Sequence record: NC_048818.1
From: Escherichia phage VEc33
Direction: 5' to 3' (one strand)
Length of the DNA: 64,000 nucleotides
The notes beneath the pieces are model-generated. The model worked only from the letters and a program-made list of their open reading frames with translations. It was not told the origin of the DNA and did no database searches. The translations under genes and the position numbers were made by a program. Positions 34,276 through 43,761 of this stretch are shown in pieces (within the stretch, counting starts at the first letter, position 1; each line of letters begins with the position of its first letter).

Positions 34276-35055
34276 ATGAAAATCGAAATTCCAACACAAT
34301 GTCCCTCTTGTGGTTCTAAGCTAGATCTTGTCAACGGACAATTATTCTGTCGGAATAAGTCCAACTGCCCAGCGCAATCAAGTAAGTTAATTGAGAACTT
34401 CTGTACAAAAATGAAGTTAAAGGGCTTTGGCCCAAAAACTATTGAGAAGCTGGAGCTGACGAAGATTTCAGAACTATTTTACCTAACCGAAGAAGATTTG
34501 GTTAGAGCCGTGGGTAGCAAGGTTGCCGCTAAGTTAATTAGCGAATTAAATACTAAAGTTCGCGGAGACATTGACTTTGGTTCAGTTCTCGGTTCTTTAG
34601 GAATCCCTCTAATTGGAGAGGTTGCAGCAAAGAAATTATCCCAAAATTGCACTAGCTTCCATGATGTGAAGGCTGACGGCAAAGCTGGAGAAAATTATAA
34701 AGCCTGGCTAAATTCCCCACAAGGCAAGGATGTTATCGAATTACCGTGGAAATTCACAACGGGTATTAAAGGTGCTAAAGCTGAGGTCATCATCACTGAT
34801 GGTCTAGTAGCCCAACCAAACGGAATAACGGTATGTATTACCGGATCTTTGCAAGATTTTGCAAATAGAACGGATGCAACAAACTATTTAGAAGGTCTAG
34901 GATATACGGTTAAGAAATCCGTTACCAAAGACGTCAAATACCTAATCTGTGAGGATGAATCGAAGCGTTCTTCCTCATCTTATAAGAAAGCCGAAACGAA
35001 TGGGATAGAAATCCTGTCGATTAAAGAACTATTGGAGAAAAATAATAATGTCTAA
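34276..35055 (+). CDS. ligA: NAD-dependent DNA ligase, C-terminal fragment (Zn finger, HhH, BRCT-like)
   Basis: 259 aa from ATG 34276; CPSCGSKL...CRNKSNCPAQ zinc-finger motif directly continuing the N-fragment. Confidence 0.8.
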   Translation: MKIEIPTQCPSCGSKLDLVNGQLFCRNKSNCPAQSSKLIENFCTKMKLKGFGPKTIEKLELTKISELFYLTEEDLVRAVGSKVAAKLISELNTKVRGDIDFGSVLGSLGIPLIGEVAAKKLSQNCTSFHDVKADGKAGENYKAWLNSPQGKDVIELPWKFTTGIKGAKAEVIITDGLVAQPNGITVCITGSLQDFANRTDATNYLEGLGYTVKKSVTKDVKYLICEDESKRSSSSYKKAETNGIEILSIKELLEKNNNV

Positions 35056-35815
35056 ACTGAACTGGAACGTAGAAGGTGTAACCGAGTCTCTGAAAGCAAA
35101 AGCCACTGCCCTGGGTGTTGCTGTAATCTCTCAAGAACAAGTAGCTGCTATTGCTGCTGAACTGGCTGCTGAAACTGGCAAAGACGTTACCGCTCGCTCT
35201 GTTGGCTCTAAGCTGCGTAAAGAAGGTTTTGAAGTACAGAAAGCTAACGAAGTACAGAAATCCCCGTGGACTCCTGAGCAGGAAGCTGAACTGGTTGATT
35301 TCCTGAACGCTCATGCTGGTCAGTATACCTATGCTGAAATCGCTGCTGCTGTAGCTGGTGGTCAGTTCGGTGCTAAGCAGGTACAGGGTAAGATTCTGAG
35401 TCTGGAAATGACCGCTTCTGTTAAACCAACCGAAAAAGCTGCTGCTGTTCGTTCCTTCACTCCGGATGAAGAAACTGATTTTGTTAATCAGGTTGTTGCT
35501 GGTGCTACTATTGAAGCTATCGCTGCTCACTTCGGTCGTAATATCAAGCAGATCCGCGGTAAAGCTCTGAGCCTGCTTCGTGAAGGTCGTATCGCCGCTA
35601 TGCCGGTACAGGAAACCTCAAGTGCTAAAACTCGTGAAGATCTGTTAGAAGGTCTGGATCTGGTTAACATGACTGTTGCTGAGATCGCTGAGAAAACTGG
35701 TAAATCTGAGCGCGGTGTTAAATCTATGCTGTCTCGTCGTGGTCTGGTTGCTAAGGACTATGATGGTGCCGCTAAGCGTGCTAAACTGGATGCAAAAGCT
35801 GCGGCTGCTGAATAA
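35048..35815 (+). CDS. Ala-rich hypothetical protein with high-expression codon usage (possible abundant DNA-binding protein)
   Basis: 255 aa; strong bias to GCT/CTG/CGT/GGT codons; internal repeats (VISQEQVAAIAAELAAETGK / VAGATIEAIAAHFGRNIK). Confidence 0.5.
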   Translation: MSKLNWNVEGVTESLKAKATALGVAVISQEQVAAIAAELAAETGKDVTARSVGSKLRKEGFEVQKANEVQKSPWTPEQEAELVDFLNAHAGQYTYAEIAAAVAGGQFGAKQVQGKILSLEMTASVKPTEKAAAVRSFTPDEETDFVNQVVAGATIEAIAAHFGRNIKQIRGKALSLLREGRIAAMPVQETSSAKTREDLLEGLDLVNMTVAEIAEKTGKSERGVKSMLSRRGLVAKDYDGAAKRAKLDAKAAAAE

Positions 35816-35832
35816 TCTGGTAAATTAAACCT

Positions 35833-35868
35833 AAGGGGAGGGGGCTATGCTCCTTCCCCTTTTTGCAT
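35833..35868 (+). terminator. rho-independent terminator
   Basis: AAGGGGAGGG-GGCTATGC-TCCTTCCCCTT followed by TTTGCATTT. Confidence 0.65.
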
Positions 35869-35897
35869 TTAGAAGGCACGAAAGCGTGCAAAGGAGA

Positions 35898-37370
35898 ATG
35901 ACCTTGTTTAACGTGCAAGCTGTAGTGTTGAAGATGCTTCTAGCTTCCGAACAGAAGCAAATAGCATTGGAAACATTCTCAAAACTGCATAAAGATCATT
36001 TTAATGACGCTTTCTCCTCAATTTACCAAGCCGTCCAGAATTATTATAAAAAATATAACACAATGCCGTCCATTGACGCACTTATGCTTGAAGCTAATAG
36101 GAACGCCCGCCTTTCTCAAGCTCTAGTCGTCTTAGCTAACACTCAAATTCCAGAAGTGAGCATGGAACAGGCACTTGAAGTCCTAGAAGCCGAATATACA
36201 CAGGATTTATTCCTGAAGCTTCTAGAAACAGACGTGCTTCAAGATTTAACAATGCTGGATCAGGGAGAAATTCTCAACCGAGTTGCCTCCCTTCACTTAA
36301 AATTAGAAGAGAAAGTAACGAATACTGGAAAAGTATTCAACGCAGATAACATGCGTATTTTCCAGAGAGAAGAAGATACCAAACTGAACTTAATCGCTCT
36401 TGGTATTTGTAATGAGTTCGACGCTCAAATCGGTTTAGCTCGCACAGAAACGTTACTGCTTGGTGGTTGGCGTGGTACTGGTAAATCCATTATCTGTTCA
36501 AACATACAGGTTCAGCAATATTTGAATGGGGATATTGCTCCATACTTCTCAATTGAGATGAAAGAACATGAAGTATTTAGACGTAATCTAGCCATGTTAG
36601 CTGGTGTATCGGCATTAGCAATGCGTAATAATACTCTAGAAGGTGCAGCTCTGTTGAGATTAGCCAGAACTAGAGCTAGAATGTTTAATGGTGGTGAAGA
36701 GCTTTTCGACAACTTCGTTAAACAGTACACAATGGCTAAGATGAGTGATTTCTACGATATGGAGAGTAAGCTAATAGAGGGATATGAACTACATACTCCT
36801 ATGATTATCGTTTATGACCCTGAACTGTCCATTACAACAGTTGACGTAGAATTAAATAAATTAGTTGCTAGATATGGGGATAAAGTTACAGTAGCTTTAC
36901 TGGACTATATTAACCAAACCCGACTTCCAGACTCTAAAACCATTGATATGTATGACTGGAAAGAACAGATGGTTGTTAGCTCGTCTTTCAAATCTATCTG
37001 CCAGAAACATAACGTGGCTGGTGTAGCTCCTTACCAGATTGATCAAGATGGTAGAACACGTATGTCAAAGGGGATTCTTGATTCCGCAGACATGGCTGCT
37101 AATCTTAATGCTGCAAAAGCTGATAATGGTCAAGGTGCTATTATGTTTGACTTCGTTAAGACTCGTTCTTCTGATAGCGTGAAGTTTATGCCTAAAATGA
37201 ACTGGGAAACCCTGCGGATGGATAACACTACCAACCTAGCAATGGAAGATATATCTCAAATGGAAGCTGAGTTCGTTATCCCTATTGAGAAGGATAAGCC
37301 GGCTCAATCTAAACGTGCTAAGAAAGACAAAGCTGAAAATTCAACAGGTGAACAGGCCAGCGATATATGA
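35898..37370 (+). CDS. DnaB-like replicative helicase
   Basis: 490 aa from ATG 35898 (AAGGAG RBS; track start 35847 lies inside the terminator hairpin); RecA-like core with GGWRGTGKS P-loop. Confidence 0.6.
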   Translation: MTLFNVQAVVLKMLLASEQKQIALETFSKLHKDHFNDAFSSIYQAVQNYYKKYNTMPSIDALMLEANRNARLSQALVVLANTQIPEVSMEQALEVLEAEYTQDLFLKLLETDVLQDLTMLDQGEILNRVASLHLKLEEKVTNTGKVFNADNMRIFQREEDTKLNLIALGICNEFDAQIGLARTETLLLGGWRGTGKSIICSNIQVQQYLNGDIAPYFSIEMKEHEVFRRNLAMLAGVSALAMRNNTLEGAALLRLARTRARMFNGGEELFDNFVKQYTMAKMSDFYDMESKLIEGYELHTPMIIVYDPELSITTVDVELNKLVARYGDKVTVALLDYINQTRLPDSKTIDMYDWKEQMVVSSSFKSICQKHNVAGVAPYQIDQDGRTRMSKGILDSADMAANLNAAKADNGQGAIMFDFVKTRSSDSVKFMPKMNWETLRMDNTTNLAMEDISQMEAEFVIPIEKDKPAQSKRAKKDKAENSTGEQASDI

Positions 37371-37900
37371 TAACACAGGAAAGGCTAAAAGAGTTATTTG
37401 ATTACTCCCCAGAAACTGGGGAGTTTACTAGAAAAGTATCTAGAGGTAATCAGAAAGCTGGTAGTATAATAACCAGAAAAGACTCTAACGGTTATATAAT
37501 TATTGGTATAGATGGCAAGGATTACAAAGCCCATCGGATGGCTTTTCTATTTATGGAAAATACATTGCCGAAAAAAGTAGACCATGTAAACAGAATACCT
37601 TTTGATAATAGGTGGTGTAATCTAAGAGACGCCACAGCTCAGGAAAATAGTAGAAATAAAACCGCATGTAGTAAGTCTGGATATTTGGGAGTTGCTTGGG
37701 ATATCGAAAAACAAAGATGGAGAGTTCAAGTAAGAGACTCTAATAGCACTCTTAAAAATGGTGGCAGATTTAAGCATGAAGAGCTAGAGCTAGCTGTAAA
37801 TTCAGCAAATATATTAAGGACTAAGTTACATGGAGAACGTGCTGTTATAGAAATTTTTGATACATCTAATTATCCTTCACTGGAGGAGTTAAATTCATGA
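37367..37900 (+). CDS. HNH homing endonuclease
   Basis: 177 aa; HVNRIPFDNRWCNLRDATAQENSRNK HNH motif; ATGA overlaps with both neighbours. Confidence 0.7.
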   Translation: MITQERLKELFDYSPETGEFTRKVSRGNQKAGSIITRKDSNGYIIIGIDGKDYKAHRMAFLFMENTLPKKVDHVNRIPFDNRWCNLRDATAQENSRNKTACSKSGYLGVAWDIEKQRWRVQVRDSNSTLKNGGRFKHEELELAVNSANILRTKLHGERAVIEIFDTSNYPSLEELNS

Positions 37901-38787
37901 GTCGAATAACAGAATTACTTGATCTTAAGGGAATTGAGTATAAAGATACTGGTGGAGATATTTTAATCTGTTGTCTCAATCCAGATCATGACGATAAACA
38001 CCCGAGTTTGCGTATTGACCCTGAAACAGGTATTATGCACTGCTTGAGTTGTGGCTTCGGTAAAGGTATACCGAGCATTTACCATTATTTTAATGAGACC
38101 CAGTACCGACAGTCCCCAAGGCTATCACAAGTACGTAAAAAAATTTCTGAGATTAGAAATGGATCTACGAATCTTGCAATCCCAGAATCTGCCTTTCTTT
38201 TTGAAGGTGATTTCCGAGGTATCAGTTCTAAGACCTTGAAGAAATATTTTGCTTTCCAACATCAAGAGAACTGGGAAGGCAGAATTGTATTCCCAATCAC
38301 AGATGCTGTTGGACGCAATATCCTATTTTTGGGTCGTTCTATAAACAGTTCTGCCCCTCCTAAATACTTAGTAAAACCAAAACAAGTTTCACCACCGATT
38401 TTCCCTGTACGATATAATACTCCAGTTCTTGTTCTAGTTGAAGGTATCTTTGATATGCTGAACCTAGAGGATAATGGTATAGACTATGCTTCTTGCTGCT
38501 TTGGTACACATCAGTTTACCTCGGATAACATTGCAGATAAGTTCAGTCCTTATATTATTGCTGGTGTTAAAGTTGTTGTTATCTTACTAGATAATGATGC
38601 TTCTGGTAATAAGGCCGCACAAGCATTGGCCAAGTTAATTCGTACAAAAACGCGTTTAACACCTGTAGTTGCTAATTTTCTTCTGCCTGAAGGTAAAGAC
38701 CCGGGTGACTTAAATAAAGAAGAGATCGATATGTTAGCAAAACGTATTGAAATTTTAGTTGCTGAATCGCTTAAAGATTTGGTATAA
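37897..38787 (+). CDS. DnaG-like DNA primase (zinc-binding and Toprim domains)
   Basis: 296 aa; CLNPDHDDKHPSLRIDPETGIMHCLSCGFGKG zinc ribbon; Toprim VLVEGIFDML...LLDNDASGNKAA. Confidence 0.75.
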   Translation: MSRITELLDLKGIEYKDTGGDILICCLNPDHDDKHPSLRIDPETGIMHCLSCGFGKGIPSIYHYFNETQYRQSPRLSQVRKKISEIRNGSTNLAIPESAFLFEGDFRGISSKTLKKYFAFQHQENWEGRIVFPITDAVGRNILFLGRSINSSAPPKYLVKPKQVSPPIFPVRYNTPVLVLVEGIFDMLNLEDNGIDYASCCFGTHQFTSDNIADKFSPYIIAGVKVVVILLDNDASGNKAAQALAKLIRTKTRLTPVVANFLLPEGKDPGDLNKEEIDMLAKRIEILVAESLKDLV

Positions 38788-38849
38788 TATATTGGTAAGT
38801 TAGAGAAGAAACACTGAAGTTATACTTACTTACCAAGAGGAGATTAAAT

Positions 38850-41417
38850 TTGAAAATCGCAGTAGTTGATAAAGCCCTAAATAACACTCGTTATGATAAA
38901 CATTTCCAGCTATATGGCGAGGAAGTTGATGTATTCCATATGTGTAACGAGAAGTTGTCCGGTCGTTTGCTCAAAAAGCATATTACTATCGGGACTCCGG
39001 AAAACCCATTTGACCCGAATGATTATGATTTTGTTATACTGGTAGGTGCCGAACCTTTTCTGTACTTTGCAGGTAAGAAAGGTATTGGTGATTATACCGG
39101 TAAACGTGTAGAGTATAATGGATATGCTAACTGGATTGCGAGTATCAGCCCAGCCCAGCTACACTTTAAACCTGAAATGAAACCAGTTTTTGATGCAACA
39201 GTAGAGAATATCCACGATATTATCAATGGTCGTGAGAAGATTGCAAAAGCTGGTGATTACCGTCCTATTACTGACCCTGACGAGGCGGAAGAATATATCA
39301 AGATGGTGTATAATATGGTTATCGGACCTGTCGCATTCGACTCCGAAACCTCAGCACTATACTGTCGAGATGGTTATCTGCTTGGTGTTTCTATATCTCA
39401 CCAAGAGTATCAGGGTGTGTATATTGATTCTGATTGTCTCACAGAGGTTGCAGTATATTATCTCCAGAAAATTCTGGATAGTGAAAACCACACTATTGTT
39501 TTTCACAACTTGAAGTTTGATATGCACTTTTATAAGTACCATCTGGGACTTACCTTTGATAAAGCACATAAAGAACGCAGGCTCCATGATACCATGTTGC
39601 AGCATTATGTTCTAGATGAGCGTCGTGGTACTCATGGCTTGAAATCTCTAGCAATGAAGTACACCGATATGGGTGACTATGACTTTGAACTAGATAAGTT
39701 CAAGGATGATTACTGCAAAGCACATAAAATCAAGAAAGAAGATTTCACCTATGATTTAATTCCGTTTGATATTATGTGGCCTTACGCTGCAAAAGATACC
39801 GATGCAACCATACGTTTGCACAACTTCTTCTTACCAAAAATTGAGAAGAATGAAAAACTTTGCAGTCTATACTACGATGTTTTGATGCCTGGTTGTGTGT
39901 TCCTGCAACGTGTTGAAGATCGTGGTGTACCAATTTCTATTGATCGCTTGAAAGAAGCACAGTACCAGTTAACCCATAACCTGAATAAGGCTCGTGAGAA
40001 ACTGTATACTTATCCAGAAGTCGTTCAGCTAGAAAAAGACCAGAACGAGGCGTTTAACCCAAACTCTGTTAAGCAGCTGCGTGTTCTTCTGTTTGATTAT
40101 GTTGGCTTAACTCCAACAGGTAAATTGACAGATACGGGAGCGGACTCTACAGATGCAGAAGCTCTGAACGAACTGTCTACGCAGCATCCAATTGCTAAAA
40201 CTCTGCTAGAGATTCGTAAGCTGACTAAGCTGATCTCTACTTACGTTGAGAAGATTCTTCTGAGCATTGATGCTGATGGTTGCATTCGTACTGGCTTCCA
40301 CGAACACATGACTACTTCTGGTCGTCTGAGTTCTTCTGGTAAACTGAACCTTCAACAGTTACCGCGTGATGAATCTATTATCAAGGGTTGTGTAGTAGCT
40401 CCTCCCGGGTATCGTGTAATCGCGTGGGACTTAACAACTGCGGAAGTTTATTATGCTGCTGTTCTATCTGGTGATAGAAATATGCAACAAGTATTTATCA
40501 ACATGAGAAATGAACCTGATAAATACCCTGACTTCCACTCTAACATCGCACACATGGTATTTAAGCTCCAATGCGAACCTCGTGATGTTAAAAAGTTATT
40601 CCCAGCTCTGCGTCAAGCAGCTAAAGCAATTACCTTTGGTATTTTGTACGGTTCTGGCCCAGCTAAAGTAGCTCATTCTGTTAACGAAGCTCTTCTGGAG
40701 CAGGCTACTAAGACAGGCGAACCGTTTGTAGAGTGTACTGTTGCAGATGCTAAAGAGTACATTGAAACTTACTTCGGTCAGTTCCCACAGCTTAAGCGTT
40801 GGATTGATAAGTGCCACGATCAGATCAAGAATCATGGATTTATCTACAGTCACTTTGGTCGTAAACGTCGTCTACATAATATCCACTCCGAAGATCGTGG
40901 TGTTCAGGGTGAAGAAATCCGTTCTGGATTTAACGCAATCATTCAGTCTGCTTCTTCTGATAGTCTCCTTTTAGGTGCTGTAGATGCAGATAATGAGATC
41001 ATTTCTCTTGGCCTAGAACAAGAGATGAAGATTGTTATGCTGGTTCATGACTCCGTAGTTGCTATTGTTCGTGAAGACTTGATCGACCAATACAATGAAA
41101 TCCTGATTCGTAATATTCAGAAAGACCGTGGTATCAGTATTCCTGGTTGTCCGATTGGTATTGATTCTGATTCTGAAGCTGGAGGTTCTCGTGACTACTC
41201 TTGTGGTAAGATGAAGAAGCAGCATCCATCAATCGCTTGTATTGATGATGATGAATATACTCGTTATGTCAAAGGTGTGTTACTTGACGCAGATTTCGAG
41301 TATAAGAAACTAGCTGCAATGGATAAAGAGCATCCAGATCATAGCAAATACAAGGATGATAAGTTTATTGCTGTATGTAAAGATTTGGATAACGTGAGAA
41401 GGATTCTCGGTGCTTGA
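38850..41417 (+). CDS. family-A DNA polymerase (T5-type, with 3'-5' exonuclease domain)
   Basis: 855 aa, TTG start after AAGAGGAG RBS; exo motifs AFDSETSALY; pol motif B RQAAKAITFGILYGSG, motif C LVHDSVV. Confidence 0.9.
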   Translation: MKIAVVDKALNNTRYDKHFQLYGEEVDVFHMCNEKLSGRLLKKHITIGTPENPFDPNDYDFVILVGAEPFLYFAGKKGIGDYTGKRVEYNGYANWIASISPAQLHFKPEMKPVFDATVENIHDIINGREKIAKAGDYRPITDPDEAEEYIKMVYNMVIGPVAFDSETSALYCRDGYLLGVSISHQEYQGVYIDSDCLTEVAVYYLQKILDSENHTIVFHNLKFDMHFYKYHLGLTFDKAHKERRLHDTMLQHYVLDERRGTHGLKSLAMKYTDMGDYDFELDKFKDDYCKAHKIKKEDFTYDLIPFDIMWPYAAKDTDATIRLHNFFLPKIEKNEKLCSLYYDVLMPGCVFLQRVEDRGVPISIDRLKEAQYQLTHNLNKAREKLYTYPEVVQLEKDQNEAFNPNSVKQLRVLLFDYVGLTPTGKLTDTGADSTDAEALNELSTQHPIAKTLLEIRKLTKLISTYVEKILLSIDADGCIRTGFHEHMTTSGRLSSSGKLNLQQLPRDESIIKGCVVAPPGYRVIAWDLTTAEVYYAAVLSGDRNMQQVFINMRNEPDKYPDFHSNIAHMVFKLQCEPRDVKKLFPALRQAAKAITFGILYGSGPAKVAHSVNEALLEQATKTGEPFVECTVADAKEYIETYFGQFPQLKRWIDKCHDQIKNHGFIYSHFGRKRRLHNIHSEDRGVQGEEIRSGFNAIIQSASSDSLLLGAVDADNEIISLGLEQEMKIVMLVHDSVVAIVREDLIDQYNEILIRNIQKDRGISIPGCPIGIDSDSEAGGSRDYSCGKMKKQHPSIACIDDDEYTRYVKGVLLDADFEYKKLAAMDKEHPDHSKYKDDKFIAVCKDLDNVRRILGA

Positions 41418-41907
41418 TTTCAAATTGCCCGTATATGCTTTACGGGCGTTTGTATCAATTGAGCAAGAAGGTGATTATTCCGTAATTACAACAAGGTATA
41501 ATAAATATGTGCTAGATAACAGGAAGTTGCCTGGCACTTTTTCTCAACGTAGGCTTATTCTATTTGAGAAACGGAAAGAATTACCATACAAGCTCTATCC
41601 TATTAGGGGTAGAATATCAATGTTGTCTCAATTAGTTGGGTCAAAGCGTAACCAATTTATAGATTCTGATGGAAATCTTATTAATTGGAAGAAAACTACG
41701 TTCTATGATGTTGTCACCTCTAAAGTTTTGCATTCAGCTAGAATTTATAATGGAAAATACCAATGCTATGTGGCTAAAGTCCCTTATCCATTTGTATTAT
41801 CCTATGTTCCAGCATATATAAGCTATATTCTGGTAAATAATAGCCCTGTTATTTACCAAGTCCATCAAGAGGAGCCTGAAATTCCTAGACTTAGAATAAA
41901 ATTATGA
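41410..41907 (+). CDS. hypothetical protein (AT-rich, atypical codon usage)
   Basis: 165 aa ORF overlapping the polymerase stop and the helicase start. Confidence 0.45.
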   Translation: MLDFKLPVYALRAFVSIEQEGDYSVITTRYNKYVLDNRKLPGTFSQRRLILFEKRKELPYKLYPIRGRISMLSQLVGSKRNQFIDSDGNLINWKKTTFYDVVTSKVLHSARIYNGKYQCYVAKVPYPFVLSYVPAYISYILVNNSPVIYQVHQEEPEIPRLRIKL

Positions 41908-43256
41908 AGGTTGTTATATCTAATAAAGCCTATTTCAAGCCCGATGATGAACTTTGGGATTATTGTAGTAAGCAAACCACTTATCACATAGAGACAATGA
42001 CTAGTAAATACCCTATTATGTATAAGAATAGTGGTGTTGTTGCCAAAGAGATTAAGTGGATTCCTATTACGCGTCTGGACTTACTGGATGCCAAAGGAGT
42101 AAAATACGAATTAGTCGATAAACGCACATTAGCACCGGTAGATATACCAAAACCGTCGTTTAAACTGCGTGAAGAAGATCAGCTTCCAATATACGAAGAA
42201 TGCGATGATACCTGTATTATTAATGGTAAGCCTGGATTTGGTAAAACTATCCTAGCTCTTGCACTTGCGTATAAATTTGGCCAGAAAACTTTGGTAATCT
42301 GTACGAATACATCCATCCGTGAAATGTGGGCGGCAGAAGTTCGTAAATGGTTTGGGTTTGAACCAGGTATCATAGGTTCTGGAAAGTACAATATTGATCC
42401 ACCAATTGTAGTCAGTAATATTCAAACAGTGAATAAACATGCGAATAATCTTTCTAAAGTATTCGGTACTGTTATAGTTGATGAAGTTCACCATTGTGTG
42501 GCTACAACTTTCACTAATTTCCTAGAAATATCATGTGCTCGCTATAAAATTGGACTATCCGGTACACTAAAACGAAAAGATGGTCTACAAGTTATGTTCA
42601 AAGACTTCTTTGGATATAAGATCTTTAGCCCACCGGTTAATAATACTGTTGCACCTACAATCCATAGGTACTCCGTGCCTGTTGAGCTATCAGGAAACCA
42701 AAACGTACCGTGGGCATTACGTGCTAACGATGTGTATAACCATCCTGAATATCGAGAGACTATTATAAACCTAGCACATTTATATGTGAATATGGGGCAT
42801 AAAGTACTCATTGTAAGTGATAGAACAGAGTTAATCCAAACAGTACTAGAAGCTCTTGCACAGCGTGGTGTTACAACATATGAAATTATAGGGGCGACCC
42901 ACTTAGATGACCGATTAAAAATTCAGGAAGATATAGCAAAAGGTGGACCTTGTGTACTTGCAGCAGCTCAAAGTATATTCTCTGAAGGTATTTCTCTTAA
43001 TGAGTTGTCTTGTTTAATAATGGGAAGCCTCATTAATAATGAATCTCTCATTGAACAGCTTGCAGGACGTGTTCAACGTATTGTCGATGGTAAACTCGAT
43101 CCTATTGTTGTAGATCTAATTATGAAAGGTGGCACTGGACTAAGACAGGCTTCTGGACGTATGGCAGTATATCGTAACAATGGGTGGAAAACTATTACCA
43201 TGACTCCGGAGAAAGCAGTTCAATTAGCTAAAATTGCATTTGGCAACAGCTCATAA
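41904..43256 (+). CDS. SF2 DNA helicase (D10-like)
   Basis: 450 aa; Walker A GKPGFGKT, Walker B VIVDEVHH, helicase C-domain motifs. Confidence 0.8.
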   Translation: MKVVISNKAYFKPDDELWDYCSKQTTYHIETMTSKYPIMYKNSGVVAKEIKWIPITRLDLLDAKGVKYELVDKRTLAPVDIPKPSFKLREEDQLPIYEECDDTCIINGKPGFGKTILALALAYKFGQKTLVICTNTSIREMWAAEVRKWFGFEPGIIGSGKYNIDPPIVVSNIQTVNKHANNLSKVFGTVIVDEVHHCVATTFTNFLEISCARYKIGLSGTLKRKDGLQVMFKDFFGYKIFSPPVNNTVAPTIHRYSVPVELSGNQNVPWALRANDVYNHPEYRETIINLAHLYVNMGHKVLIVSDRTELIQTVLEALAQRGVTTYEIIGATHLDDRLKIQEDIAKGGPCVLAAAQSIFSEGISLNELSCLIMGSLINNESLIEQLAGRVQRIVDGKLDPIVVDLIMKGGTGLRQASGRMAVYRNNGWKTITMTPEKAVQLAKIAFGNSS

Positions 43257-43267
43257 ATGATGTATAA
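43239..43267 (+). promoter_or_regulatory. sigma70-type promoter (TTGGCA-17-TATAAT)
   Basis: first of two tandem promoters; followed by hairpin TTCGGA-N12-TCCGAA at 43295-43318. Confidence 0.5.
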
Positions 43268-43339
43268 TATATACATAAATTTGAGAGAGAAAGTTTCGGA
43301 TTGATAAGGAAGTCCGAAGCAGAAAAATAAAAATTTTAG

Positions 43340-43369
43340 TTGCTAAATTCTCTCGAAATCTAGTATAAT
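43340..43369 (+). promoter_or_regulatory. sigma70-type promoter (TTGCTA-18-TATAAT)
   Basis: second tandem promoter upstream of 43477. Confidence 0.5.
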
Positions 43370-43476
43370 ATATACATAAATTCGAGGAGAAAACAAAAAT
43401 TAAATTCTTCGATTATGAAAAGCTATACTTACTAGCTAGAGGAAATTCCGACCTAATTATTAAGCTATTCAAAAGA

Positions 43477-43761
43477 ATGATTGCAGAGCCTGATGCTCAC
43501 CAATTATTGGTCGGTTCCTCATTCATTTTGAATGAATCAACAATAGTTGATAATCCAAATAAATTGTCTAATAGACAACTGGCAGAATATCTAGGAATTT
43601 TAAGTCTACGAAATTATGCCGAATACAAGTTTACAAACGATCCTAGTTTGGACATACAATATGTTCCAGTATGGATACCACGTTTAGTAATCGACACTAA
43701 CCCACTAATCGCAATTAACAAATCGAAATTAATCTTTAAAGAGGAAATAAAATATGGCTAA
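43477..43761 (+). CDS. hypothetical protein
   Basis: 94 aa ORF; weak RBS. Confidence 0.4.
   Translation: MIAEPDAHQLLVGSSFILNESTIVDNPNKLSNRQLAEYLGILSLRNYAEYKFTNDPSLDIQYVPVWIPRLVIDTNPLIAINKSKLIFKEEIKYG

Noticed and set aside
35847-35897. ORF-track start of the DnaB-like helicase at 35847
   Set aside because: That start codon lies inside the terminator hairpin and lacks an RBS; the ATG at 35898 follows an AAGGAG site.
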